From assembly GCF_014857065.1 (NCBI RefSeq), contig NZ_CP046533.1:180001-212000 (forward strand): a DNA stretch of 32,000 nucleotides, read 5' to 3'. The stretch comes from Candidatus Saccharimonadota bacterium. GTDB taxonomy: Bacteria; Pseudomonadota; Gammaproteobacteria; Enterobacterales; Enterobacteriaceae. A program made the position numbers and the translations under genes. The notes beneath the pieces are model-generated. The model saw only the letters and a list, made by a program, of their open reading frames with translations, did not search any database and had not been told where the DNA came from. The number at the start of each line of letters is the position of its first letter. Within the stretch, counting starts at the first letter, position 1. Below are positions 20,557-30,190 of this stretch, one piece after another.

Positions 20557-21423
20557 TCATTTAATATATTGATAATAAGATAAAATAATTAATACAATGC
20601 CAATTATAACCATCGGAAATGATAAAATTTGACCCATACTAAATAATTCTTTAAATAAACCTAAATGAGGATCAGGTTGACGAAAACACTCTGCTAAAAT
20701 ACGAACAATTCCATAAAATAATAAAAACAATCCAGAAATAGTTCCAGGTAAGTATAATCTTTTAGGTAAATAATTAAAAATAACAAATAATAAAATTCCT
20801 TCTAAAAACATTTCATATAATTGAGAAGGATGTCTAGGTAACATGCCGTATTGTTCAAACAAGGAATACCATTTTGGATTAGTTAATGCGGTTAAAATAT
20901 CTTGATCTCTAGCACTTGGAAATAACACAGCCCAAGGTATAGCATCAGTAACTCTACCCCATAATTCACCATTAATAAAATTACCTAATCTTCCAATACC
21001 TAAACCAAAAGGAACTACTGGAACAATAAAATCAGAAACTTGAAAAAAAGTATGCCTGGTATAATTAAAATATGAAAAATAAAAAAGCGCAATAACTACA
21101 CCTATTAAACCACCATGGAAAGACATTCCTCCTTCCCAAATCCTAAATAAAAACAATACATCTTCAGAAAAAAAATCCCAAGCATAAAATATGACATACC
21201 CAACACGACCGCCTAATAATATACCTAAAAAACATAAAAACAATAAATTCTCAATTTCTTTTTTAGTCCAAAAACTATTAAATTCATTAGCGCGACGATA
21301 TAAAAACCATGATGAAAATAAAAAAGCAATAAAATACATAAAACCATACCAATAAAAAGACACAGGTCCTATATTAAAAATTATAGGTTCAATCTTGGGA
21401 AATATTAAATAATTGACTATCAT
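20557..21423 (-). CDS. lgt: Prolipoprotein diacylglyceryl transferase
   Basis: From the ATG at 21423, MIVNYLIFPKIEPIIFNIGPVSFYWYGFMY aligns residue for residue with E. coli [30 protein letters not shown]. Also MSFHGGLIGV, GRLGNFINGELWGR and LPRHPSQLYE. The ORF-track start at 21444 is an upstream TTG and is probably not used. Confidence 0.94.
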   Translation of the reverse strand: MIVNYLIFPKIEPIIFNIGPVSFYWYGFMYFIAFLFSSWFLYRRANEFNSFWTKKEIENLLFLCFLGILLGGRVGYVIFYAWDFFSEDVLFLFRIWEGGMSFHGGLIGVVIALFYFSYFNYTRHTFFQVSDFIVPVVPFGLGIGRLGNFINGELWGRVTDAIPWAVLFPSARDQDILTALTNPKWYSLFEQYGMLPRHPSQLYEMFLEGILLFVIFNYLPKRLYLPGTISGLFLLFYGIVRILAECFRQPDPHLGLFKELFSMGQILSFPMVIIGIVLIILSYYQYIK

Positions 21424-21581
21424 TAAAAATAAGCAAATTTTCAATACAATAATAATTACAATGATCTTGCTAAAAAATTAACATTAAAATAAAATCAACC
21501 AAATTTATTGCAATCAATAAATAAAATACAAACATAGAACATAATGTATAATATACAGACCAAAGTTAAGTAATAAATAAT

Positions 21582-22841
21582 TTATTGCTCTAAAATAAAT
21601 AACTCCTGAAATAACTGTTTTCTGCGTATCTGTCGTATTTCTCCACGCTCTAACAATACTTCAGGCAACAATGGACGACTATTATAATTAGAAGACATTG
21701 AAGAACCATAAGCACCTGTATCATGAAAAATTAAATAATCTCCTACTTTAGCTAAAGGTAATTGACGTGATATAATTTTCCCGTCAGAATCTTGAGTAAA
21801 AAGATCTCCCGATTCACATATCGGACCGCCTATTACAGTATTATAAAAAGGTCCTGAAAAAATATCACGATTATCTACTGGTAACAACGAAACATGATGA
21901 TAACTGCCATACATAACTGGACGAACAAAGTCATTAAATCCCACATCAACTAACACGAAATAACGATGATCAACAAATTTAACCGCCCTAACCTGAGATA
22001 CTAAAACACCAGCTTCTGCTACAATAAATCTCCCAGGCTCTATTTCTAAAGAAATAGGATGCTTTAAATATTGACTAATACGCTGACGAGCATTATCCCA
22101 TAAACTGAAATAATGTTGAATATCTATGTTCTTATCCTCAAACCTATAAGGCACAGAAATACCTCCACCAGCAGAAATCGACATAAAATCTTGATCACAA
22201 ATTAACGTTTGCTGCACCATAGCATCGCAAACTTCTGATAAATATCTATAATTTACACCAGAACCAATATGCATATGAAATCCAATCAATTTAAAATTAT
22301 AATATTTAACATATTCAACGGCCTGAGGTAAATCTTTATACCAAATACCATGCTTACTATCCTTTCCTCCAGTATTTGTTTTATAATTATGCCCATGTCC
22401 GAAGCCTGGATTGATCCGCAACCATATCTTATGACCTGGAGAATAACTTCCAAGTTGAATTAACATATCTATGGAACCAATATTAACAGTAATTTTATAT
22501 TCAAGTACCTTAGATAAAGTTGATAATTCAAACATATCTGCAGTAAAAACAATTTCATCAGCACCATATCCAGATTGAAAACCAGCTAATAAAGCACGTT
22601 CAATTTCACCTAATGAAACCGAATCTATTTTGACGCCATGACATTTCATTAAACGTAAAATATGTAAATTAGAACAAGCTTTTTGAGCAAATCTAACAAC
22701 ATCAAACTGTTGCAATTGCTTAATTTGATTAATTATTGTTTCTGCTTCATATACCCAAACTGGACCGTTATATTTTTGATATATAAATTTTAAATTTGAA
22801 GCATTTAAAGCACTTTTAGTATTATAGATATCACGTGGCAT
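21582..22841 (-). CDS. lysA: Diaminopimelate decarboxylase
   Basis: From the ATG at 22841 the ORF is 419 aa (E. coli 420). Shared motifs: GPVWVYEAE, FDVVRFAQKACSNLHILRLM, DSVSLGEIERAL, HMHIGSG, EIEPGRF, CESGD, and HDTGAYGSSMSSNYNSRPLLPEVL. The ORF-track start at 22877 is an upstream TTG. Confidence 0.95.
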   Translation of the reverse strand: MPRDIYNTKSALNASNLKFIYQKYNGPVWVYEAETIINQIKQLQQFDVVRFAQKACSNLHILRLMKCHGVKIDSVSLGEIERALLAGFQSGYGADEIVFTADMFELSTLSKVLEYKITVNIGSIDMLIQLGSYSPGHKIWLRINPGFGHGHNYKTNTGGKDSKHGIWYKDLPQAVEYVKYYNFKLIGFHMHIGSGVNYRYLSEVCDAMVQQTLICDQDFMSISAGGGISVPYRFEDKNIDIQHYFSLWDNARQRISQYLKHPISLEIEPGRFIVAEAGVLVSQVRAVKFVDHRYFVLVDVGFNDFVRPVMYGSYHHVSLLPVDNRDIFSGPFYNTVIGGPICESGDLFTQDSDGKIISRQLPLAKVGDYLIFHDTGAYGSSMSSNYNSRPLLPEVLLERGEIRQIRRKQLFQELFILEQ

Positions 22842-23189
22842 GAAAATTTCTCGTAAATTGAAATTTAAAAACAACAATTTAATTTAAATTATAAAATACG
22901 CATACATATATAAATTAAATAAAAACAAATTATATAAGATATTATCACTAATTTTTAAGATGACATAATCAATACTAAAAATTACAAAACTTACTACGTT
23001 AAATAAATTAAATCAACGTATGTTATTTAAAGTTCTTAAAATAATTAATTATAAATTATACCAACAACTAATAATTGTTTAAGATTTTCAAAATTATGAC
23101 GAACATTAAATTCATACAACCATCATAGACTTAAAATAACTTTTATTATGAAATAACAATTAAAAACAAAATTATGACAATTTTATAAA

Positions 23190-24719
23190 TTATGGATTTG
23201 ATGGACGCATCACTGGAAATAAAATAACATCACGAATGCTATGAGTGTTTGTAAATAACATTACCAATCGATCAATACCTATCCCAACACCAGCAGTAGG
23301 TGGCAATCCATATTCTAATGCAGTAATATAATCTTTATCATAATTATTTACAAACTTACTCTGATTATTTTGATTATCATACATTTGTTGACAAAAACGC
23401 AATCTTTGATCATCTGCATCATTCAATTCTGAAAATCCATTACCTATCTCATGACCTCCAAAGAAAAGTTCAAAACGATCCGTTAATAAATAATTATCAT
23501 CTTTACGCCGTGCTAAAGGAGATATTTCTACCGGATAGGATGTAATAAAAGTAGGTTGTATCAAATTACGTACTACCACTTTTTCAAATATACTTGCTTG
23601 TATACGCCCAGCACTCCATTTAGGATTAATTTTTACACCAAGAGAACAAGCAATAGAGGCAATAACCACAACATTATCTATGTCTTTAGATCTAATTTCC
23701 GGATTATAAAAATAAATAGCTTCTTTCATAGTCATTTGAATAAACGGTTTATTAAAATCAAAAATCCAATCTCCATATCTCACTATACTAGTACCTAAAA
23801 TTCGGTGAGCAATAGTATAAAATAATTTTTCAATGAATAAAATTAAATACTGATAATCCACATATGCTATATAAAATTCCATCATAGTAAATTCAGGATT
23901 ATGAAAACATGACAATCCCTCATTACGAAAATTACGATTAATTTCAAATACTTTTTCAAAGCCACCAATTATCAATTGCTTTAAATATAACTCTGGAGAA
24001 ATACGCAAAAATAAATCTATATTCAATGCATTGTGAGTGGTGATAAATGGACGTGCAGAAGCTCCTCCTGGAATATTCTGTATCATGGGAGTTTCTACCT
24101 CCATAAAACCACTATCTGTCATGAATCGCCTAATTTCTGCTAAAATTAAAGAACGATATTCAAAAACCTTTCTAGATTTTTTATTAGCAATTAAATCTAA
24201 ATATCTTCGACGATATTTAATTTCTTGATCCACTAAACCATGAAATTTATTCGGTAAAGGACGGACTGCCTTAGTCAACAAACGAATTACATCACAACAA
24301 ATTGACAATTCTCCAGTACGAGTTTTAAATAATGTTCCAGTAGCACCTAAGATATCACCTAAATCCCATTTTTTAAATTGTTTTTCATAAATACCTATAG
24401 GTAATTTATTACATACAACATACAATTGAATACAACCGCCCATGTCCTGCAAAGTTACAAAAGATGCTTTTCCCATAAGACGCCTACTCATCATGCGACC
24501 AGCAACACTCACTCTAATATCTAAACTTATCAATTCTTCGTTATCCTTATTGCCATGTTGTTCATGTAATTGACTAGAAATTAAATCACGACGGAAATCA
24601 TTAGGAAAAGCAATACCTTCTTCTCGTAATTTATTAAGTTTGCTTTTGCGCAAAAATATTTCATCATGAATATCCGTGTTACAAAATAACTCTTGCTTTA
24701 GATGCATTTTTTGTGTCAT
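23190..24719 (-). CDS. lysS: Lysyl-tRNA synthetase (class II)
   Basis: [73 protein letters not shown] and [20 protein letters not shown] are collinear with E. coli LysS (505 aa). The ATG at 24719 lies 13 nt after the prfB stop, as in the prfB-lysS operon of E. coli. The ORF-track start at 24728 is a TTG. Confidence 0.95.
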   Translation of the reverse strand: MTQKMHLKQELFCNTDIHDEIFLRKSKLNKLREEGIAFPNDFRRDLISSQLHEQHGNKDNEELISLDIRVSVAGRMMSRRLMGKASFVTLQDMGGCIQLYVVCNKLPIGIYEKQFKKWDLGDILGATGTLFKTRTGELSICCDVIRLLTKAVRPLPNKFHGLVDQEIKYRRRYLDLIANKKSRKVFEYRSLILAEIRRFMTDSGFMEVETPMIQNIPGGASARPFITTHNALNIDLFLRISPELYLKQLIIGGFEKVFEINRNFRNEGLSCFHNPEFTMMEFYIAYVDYQYLILFIEKLFYTIAHRILGTSIVRYGDWIFDFNKPFIQMTMKEAIYFYNPEIRSKDIDNVVVIASIACSLGVKINPKWSAGRIQASIFEKVVVRNLIQPTFITSYPVEISPLARRKDDNYLLTDRFELFFGGHEIGNGFSELNDADDQRLRFCQQMYDNQNNQSKFVNNYDKDYITALEYGLPPTAGVGIGIDRLVMLFTNTHSIRDVILFPVMRPSNP

Positions 24720-24732
24720 ATTACGCAATATT

Positions 24733-25834
24733 TTATAACCCCGCCTTAATACTAGCTTCGATAAACTTATCTATATCACCATTTAATACTGACTTAACAT
24801 CACATATTTCAACATTAGTACGTAAATCTCTAATCCTTGAACTATCTAAAACATAAGAACGAATTTGATTACCCCACCCTATTGTAGATTTACTATTTTC
24901 TAATTCTTTTTTTTCTAAATTCTTTTTCTGCAACATAAATTTATATAATTTAGCTCGAAGTTGTTTCATTGCATGTTCTTTATTCTTATGCTGTGAACGA
25001 TTATTTTGACATTGCACAGTAATGTTCGTAGGAATATGAATAAGACGCACTGCAGACTCTGTTTTATTGACATGTTGTCCTCCAGCTCCAGATGAACGAT
25101 AAACATCAAAACGTAAGTCAGCAGGATTTAATTTAACATCTATTATATCATTATTAATACTTGGATATACAAAAACCGAACTAAACGAGGTATGTCTTCG
25201 GCCACTAGAATCAAATGGACTTTTTCGTACTAATCGATGTATCCCAGTTTCAGTACGTAACCAACCATATGCATAATCACCACTTATCTTAAGAGTCACT
25301 GATTTCATGCCAGCTATCTCTCCTACAGACTCTTCAATAATTTCACTTTTAAATCTTTTCATGTCTACCCAACGTAAATACATTCGCAACAAAATAGAAA
25401 CCCAATCTTGAGCATCTATTCCTCCTGAACCAGCTTGAATATCCATGTAACAATCAAAATTATCTTTTTTATGAGAAAATATACTTTGTACTTCCAATTG
25501 AAAAAAATTTTTTTCTAAATTAAGCAATTCCATTTCAATTTCAGAATATAGTTCTTTATCATTATCTTCTAAAGAACATTCAAACAGTTCAGTTAAATCT
25601 TCTAAATTTTCTGTTATTTTATTAAAATCTTTAATAATTCTTTCTAAATGAGAACGTTCTTTACTTAAATATTTTATTTTTTCAAAATTACTCCATACAT
25701 TAGATTTCGCAAGCTCGCAGATAATTTGATCAAGACGCTTATTTTTAGACTTGTAGTCAGAAATGCTCCTTTAATACTCTTATTTTGTTTGAAAAATCTT
25801 CAATAGATTTCTTTATTATACTGGCTGCTAACAT
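24733..25834 (-). CDS. prfB: Peptide chain release factor 2, expressed through a programmed +1 ribosomal frameshift at codon 26
   Basis: Frame 0 runs from the ATG at 25834 for 25 codons ([25 protein letters not shown]) to an in-frame TGA (25759-25757). The +1 frame from 25758 ([11 protein letters not shown]...) runs 341 codons to the TAA at 24733. It contains [11 protein letters not shown] (RKSPFDS), GGQ (SGAGGQHVN) and the C-terminal [10 protein letters not shown], identical to E. coli. The total is 366 aa (E. coli 365). An alternative upstream ATG exists at 25852. Confidence 0.93.
25756..25771 (-). promoter_or_regulatory. prfB +1 frameshift cassette: internal SD-like AAGGAG, 3-nt spacer, shift codon, UGA C
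   Basis: The minus strand reads AAG GAG CAT TTC TGA C (25771-25756). The layout matches E. coli AGG GGG UAU CUU UGA C: an SD-like element, a 3-nt spacer, a P-site codon, and a poor-context stop UGA followed by C. The +1 frame is closed by TAA at 25773-25771, so the shift must occur within this 16-nt window. Confidence 0.85.
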
Positions 25835-26429
25835 AAATTTAATGAACCTCATTTAAATTATCGCTTCTAAATTAGATAAATATTGTTTAAACCTTGTCTC
25901 TTTTCTTTACTTTTACACAAAACATGAAATATGAAATAAATTTTAAATTCATAACTTCATATATATATAATAATCACAATATATAAATATCCAAATCTAT
26001 TTTTAAATTTTTATAAACAAATACATAAAATAGTCATCTGATTATAAAATATAATTAAATAAATTCTATTAATTAAAACAAAAATATGACTTCATAAACT
26101 CTAATTATAAAATTATATATAAATAATATTTATGATAAAAAAAATATTTACAAAAAAATAAGATCTATTTAAAATCATCAATAAAATTATTGATGCTAAA
26201 CCAAAACTCTTGATAAGATATTTTATTAACATACAAACATTGTGAAAACACTTATAAAACTAAAAACTATAATCGTATGTATAATTTTAAAATAAAAATT
26301 TATAAAATTTTAAAACACTTTACATTTTTCGAAATAAGTTCTACATGACGTAATCATTTATATAGTCAAGCATTAAATTGCGCAACTATACTATGAATAT
26401 ATAAATATTAATTAACTCTTAAAATATAT

Positions 26430-27395
26430 ATGTTATTAATTAGTGACCCTTATCCATCAAATATAGCAACACCATCTTATAATTTATCTTTAACCATTTT
26501 CTTTTTAAAAAAATGGTCATTAATTAAATACACTGGAAATGACGTAATGCAATTTCTACAAGGACAACTTACTTATAATGTTAATCAACTAAAACAGAAA
26601 CAATATAATTTTTCAGCATATTGTAATCCAAACGGTAAAGTAATAAGCAACCTATGCATCTTTCATTTACAAACAGGTATAGGATGTATTCAAAGAATGA
26701 GTATTTGTTCTAAACAAATAGAATTAATGAAAAAATACTCAATATTCTCCAGAATAAATATTAGCGTTGATAATGAAGCTATATTTTTGGGAATTGCAGG
26801 GAAAGGAGCACAAGATATATTAAAACCAATTTTCAATACTATACCAAACAACGAAAAAACAGTTATATCCTATACAGAAACATTATTACTATATTATAAT
26901 TTTCCTATAGATAGGTTTTTAATAATTACTAATGAAAAAATCAAAAATGATTTATTAAAAAAAATAAGCAATATAAAAATTAACTTTAGTGATGATAATC
27001 AATGGGATTTACTCGATATTGAAGCAAAATATCCAATAATCGACTATAAAGTTAGTGAATTGTTTCTTCCACAAGAAACCAATATTCAGTCATTTGATGC
27101 TATTAGCTTTAATAAAGGATGTTATATCGGACAAGAAATAATTATGAAAACACAATTGAAAAACATCAAAAAACGAGAGCTACATACATTATATGGAAAA
27201 ACAAACCACGTATCAATTCCAGGGGAAAAATTAGAATATAAAACAAAGAAAAATAATCATTGGTCAATAGCTGGTACGATATTAGCTTCTTGCCAATTAA
27301 AAAATGGAATTACATGGATACAAGCTATATTAAATAAATCCTCGAGACACGAAGCAACTAAATTTAGAATTTATAATTCAAAACAATCAAAATGA
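26430..27395 (+). CDS. ygfZ: Folate-binding tRNA-modification / Fe-S cluster repair protein YgfZ
   Basis: 321 aa (E. coli 326). LSLTIFFLKKWSLIKYTGNDVMQFLQGQLTYNV compares with E. coli [33 protein letters not shown]. Also MKKYSIFSRINI (E. coli LKKYAVFSKVTI) and ISFNKGCYIGQE (E. coli ISFKKGCYTGQE). Confidence 0.9.
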   Translation: MLLISDPYPSNIATPSYNLSLTIFFLKKWSLIKYTGNDVMQFLQGQLTYNVNQLKQKQYNFSAYCNPNGKVISNLCIFHLQTGIGCIQRMSICSKQIELMKKYSIFSRINISVDNEAIFLGIAGKGAQDILKPIFNTIPNNEKTVISYTETLLLYYNFPIDRFLIITNEKIKNDLLKKISNIKINFSDDNQWDLLDIEAKYPIIDYKVSELFLPQETNIQSFDAISFNKGCYIGQEIIMKTQLKNIKKRELHTLYGKTNHVSIPGEKLEYKTKKNNHWSIAGTILASCQLKNGITWIQAILNKSSRHEATKFRIYNSKQSK

Positions 27396-27438
27396 ATCAT
27401 TAAACTTCTTAAAATATATTTAAATAAGCATTATATCT

Positions 27439-28587
27439 CTAATAACTAAAATGCTTGTTACTTAATCTCATAACTTTACTAATCATCGATCGTAATTTAA
27501 TATAATAGGATAATTTTTTATATCTATGACTACCGGAAAAAAGCATATAAATGATTTTGATTTCTAAAAGCAATTGAAAAATTTCTCGTTTATATCTTAC
27601 ATTACAAGAATTAAATAATAGAAAAGACTCAATATCTCCTAACAAAAGGATTTCTTCTAATATTTTTTTGATCTCCATGAGATATAAATTTATCTCGTAT
27701 CCAAATAATAATGGATAAATACTATAACTAGAACGACCTACTAAAACAAATCTAGATATCACAGACTTATCCAACCACTGTATATTACATGTAAAATATC
27801 GTCGCATGCCTTGCAATCTACATTTACCAAAAAATGAATAAAAAATTGATATAATCTCCGCATTAAATTGTTCTACAGAATAATGTAATTTTTTTTGTAA
27901 AATATCAAAAGATAACAACCACATAACACAACCCACATTCGGATCTTGTAAAGGTAAAAAAACCAATAATCCACTGCTATGAAAAAGAACTCTAATAATA
28001 TTAGAATGAAATATTTCTGTATTAATATTAACCCATAAAACGTAATTTTGATGATCTAAAAAAAATAAAGATGTATCACATTGAGAACGCAAAAAAGAAT
28101 TAATACCATCAGCTATAAAAACTAATTTAGCAGATAGATTATAAAAATTATCAATACAAAACACTATTTCATCTTTATTTATAATTATATCGCGCAGAAA
28201 TTTATATCTAATTAAGACAATATTCGGTAAATTTTCAATACGCTGCCACAATGTTTGATAAATAACTTTATTTTCGACAATATATCCAAAATTTTTAATA
28301 TATAACCAAGAATTATCTAAAACAACCTTACCAAAATTATCATATCCCCAAAACTCAATTTCGCGATAAAAATGCAAAAATTGTATAATATCATCATTCC
28401 AAATTTGGAGATGCCTTAAAAAATCACTACTATCCATGTTAACAATCGAAAAACCAGTAGATTGAATTATATTACTTTCAAAACAATCATCATGCAAAAT
28501 AGCTATCTTAAAATTGTCAGCAAGACCACAAGCTAATACTAAACCAGATACATCATTACCATTTATAACAATATCAAATCTTTGCAT
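27439..28587 (-). CDS. ubiI: UbiI/VisC-like flavoprotein monooxygenase homolog, highly diverged with eroded FAD-binding fingerprints (possibly non-functional)
   Basis: The 382-aa intact ORF lies directly downstream of ubiH, the position of visC/ubiI in E. coli. It is collinear with E. coli VisC over its whole length: MQRFDIVI..GLVLACGL vs MQSVDVAIVGGGMVGLAVACGL; GYIVENKVIY vs GHIVENSVIH; LVFIADGINSFLR vs LVIGADGANSWLR; LVFLPLQDP vs LAFLPLSDP. However, GxGxxG reads G-N-D-V-S-G, and the GD motif reads VGRSSYSIYPLLFGYE instead of VGDAAHTIHPLAGQG. Confidence 0.75.
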   Translation of the reverse strand: MQRFDIVINGNDVSGLVLACGLADNFKIAILHDDCFESNIIQSTGFSIVNMDSSDFLRHLQIWNDDIIQFLHFYREIEFWGYDNFGKVVLDNSWLYIKNFGYIVENKVIYQTLWQRIENLPNIVLIRYKFLRDIIINKDEIVFCIDNFYNLSAKLVFIADGINSFLRSQCDTSLFFLDHQNYVLWVNINTEIFHSNIIRVLFHSSGLLVFLPLQDPNVGCVMWLLSFDILQKKLHYSVEQFNAEIISIFYSFFGKCRLQGMRRYFTCNIQWLDKSVISRFVLVGRSSYSIYPLLFGYEINLYLMEIKKILEEILLLGDIESFLLFNSCNVRYKREIFQLLLEIKIIYMLFSGSHRYKKLSYYIKLRSMISKVMRLSNKHFSY

Positions 28588-28623
28588 CTACATAACACTA
28601 AATTTTAAAATATTGATAACAAT

Positions 28624-29808
28624 CTAACGTATAATCCATGAAAAAAGATATTTAACTAAAAGACTACGTAAAAATACACTATGTGACAAAACAAAAAACC
28701 CTAGATTTCTACTTATTATTAATGAATAATGTTTACTACTAAATAAACGAACCATTAAATCGATACAATTTGCTGTTATCTTTTGATCTAATTGTCTACT
28801 TTCCTGATATTCAAATAATACTGAATAATCCCCAATATCTTTACCACTTGAATTTGCTTTAGCTAATATTTTAGCTAAAGATATAACATCACGAAATCCA
28901 ACATTTAAATTTTGTCCAGCAAAAGGATGCAAAGTTTGCGCTGCATTTCCTACTAATGCTAATCTATGAGAAATATGTCGTTCAACAATACATGAATATA
29001 AAGAATAAAAGCTATATTGACTGGCGCCAATTACATGACCTAAATGATATCCTAAAATATCTTGTAAAACATGACAAAATTGTGGAATAGTCCAGGAAGA
29101 AATTTCTTTTCTCCATTTTGATGAACAACACCATATCAACCCACTACGATTATGGGTAATTGGCAACAATGCTAACAACCCATATTTGGTAAATTTTTCA
29201 AAAGCACTGTGATAATGCGGGTATGTAGTAGTAATATTACTAGTTACCGCAATTTGTTGGTAATCATATATGTTCCAATTAATATTACACATAGCACCCA
29301 AGGATGAAGGGGATCCATCTGCCGCTACCAATAACCGAGCACTAATTTCACAACCATTATCAAGTACAACTAAATTCATATTTTTTGTACGTTGTATTTT
29401 TTTTAAAGTAACTGGGCAATGTAATCTAATACTCAAAGAATCATTGAGCAATTTAAATAAATTAATTCCTAATTTATTCAATTCAACTACATATCCCAAA
29501 CACGACAATCTATAATCATTAGCCGTAATGATAATTTTATTACAACATTGTAAATAACTACTAATTTCTATTTTTTTTATAATCGTAACATGAGGTGATA
29601 AAACGGACCATATTCCCATTGCAACTAATGCACGACAGGTGCCCCAAGTTAATGCAACAACGCGTGAATCAAAGCTTGGATGAATTTTACCTTCTTCAAA
29701 TACATGAGAGGAAATCAAATCAATTTTTAATCTACCTTCTGTTAACTTAGATAACATTAACGCTAAAAAAATACCAGAAATACCACCACCATAAATAACC
29801 ACTGACAT
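28624..29808 (-). CDS. ubiH: 2-octaprenyl-6-methoxyphenol hydroxylase (FAD-dependent)
   Basis: 394 aa (E. coli 392). [17 protein letters not shown] compares with E. coli MSVIIVGGGMAGATLAL, with GxGxxG intact. Also [13 protein letters not shown] (the DG motif) and [26 protein letters not shown], compared with E. coli [24 protein letters not shown]. Confidence 0.92.
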   Translation of the reverse strand: [394 protein letters not shown]

Positions 29809-30190
29809 TGAAATTGATTTATCTCATACCTCTAATATAAAATCACAGCTTGGTAAATTAAAACTAATAATTTACAAACAAATTTTATATAATTAATCAA
29901 AAATCAAACTCAAATACAATAAGATTTGATTTAAAACAACATTATTGCAAGAAAAACATACATAAGCTATTATATATTAGAGAGAAAAATATTCAACATC
30001 TTAATGAACGCCTATTTGAAGAAATAAGATTCCAATTATCTTGTCAATTTAATACAAACACTAATGATGATAAATATAATAAACAAGATATCTGGCAAAC
30101 AATCATAATAATAAATAATTATACTAGAGTCTTCAAGAGTATCATTATAACTGTAAATATAATTAAATTTTAAAATTAAGAAGGTTAACA

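Noticed and set aside
23556-23798. 80-aa plus-strand ORF
   Set aside because: It is antisense to lysS and is a shadow ORF.
24037-24228. 63-aa plus-strand ORF
   Set aside because: It is antisense to the lysS catalytic core and is a shadow ORF.
24733-25834. Reading prfB as a pseudogene because of the in-frame TGA at 25759-25757
   Set aside because: The stop is at codon 26, exactly as in the E. coli autoregulatory frameshift. It has an SD-like element 3 nt upstream of the shift codon and a C after the UGA. The +1 frame is intact for 341 codons with SPF and GGQ motifs. This is programmed recoding, not decay.
25835-25900. Possible recJ C-terminal relic just upstream of prfB (minus-strand SDNLNEVH-stop vs E. 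coli RecJ ...IDNIWPI-stop)
   Set aside because: The only identities are Asp-Asn, encoded by GAT AAT. These codons are abundant by chance in A/T-rich DNA, and no collinear support was found further upstream.
26365-26400. A G+C island TTGCGCAA upstream of ygfZ, considered as an sdhE (RGxxELD) relic on the minus strand
   Set aside because: The minus-strand frame gives LRNLMLDYI, which matches only R, L and D and needs a gap. This is too weak, and the island could equally be part of the ygfZ promoter region.
29270-29515. 81-aa plus-strand ORF
   Set aside because: It is antisense to ubiH and is a shadow ORF.
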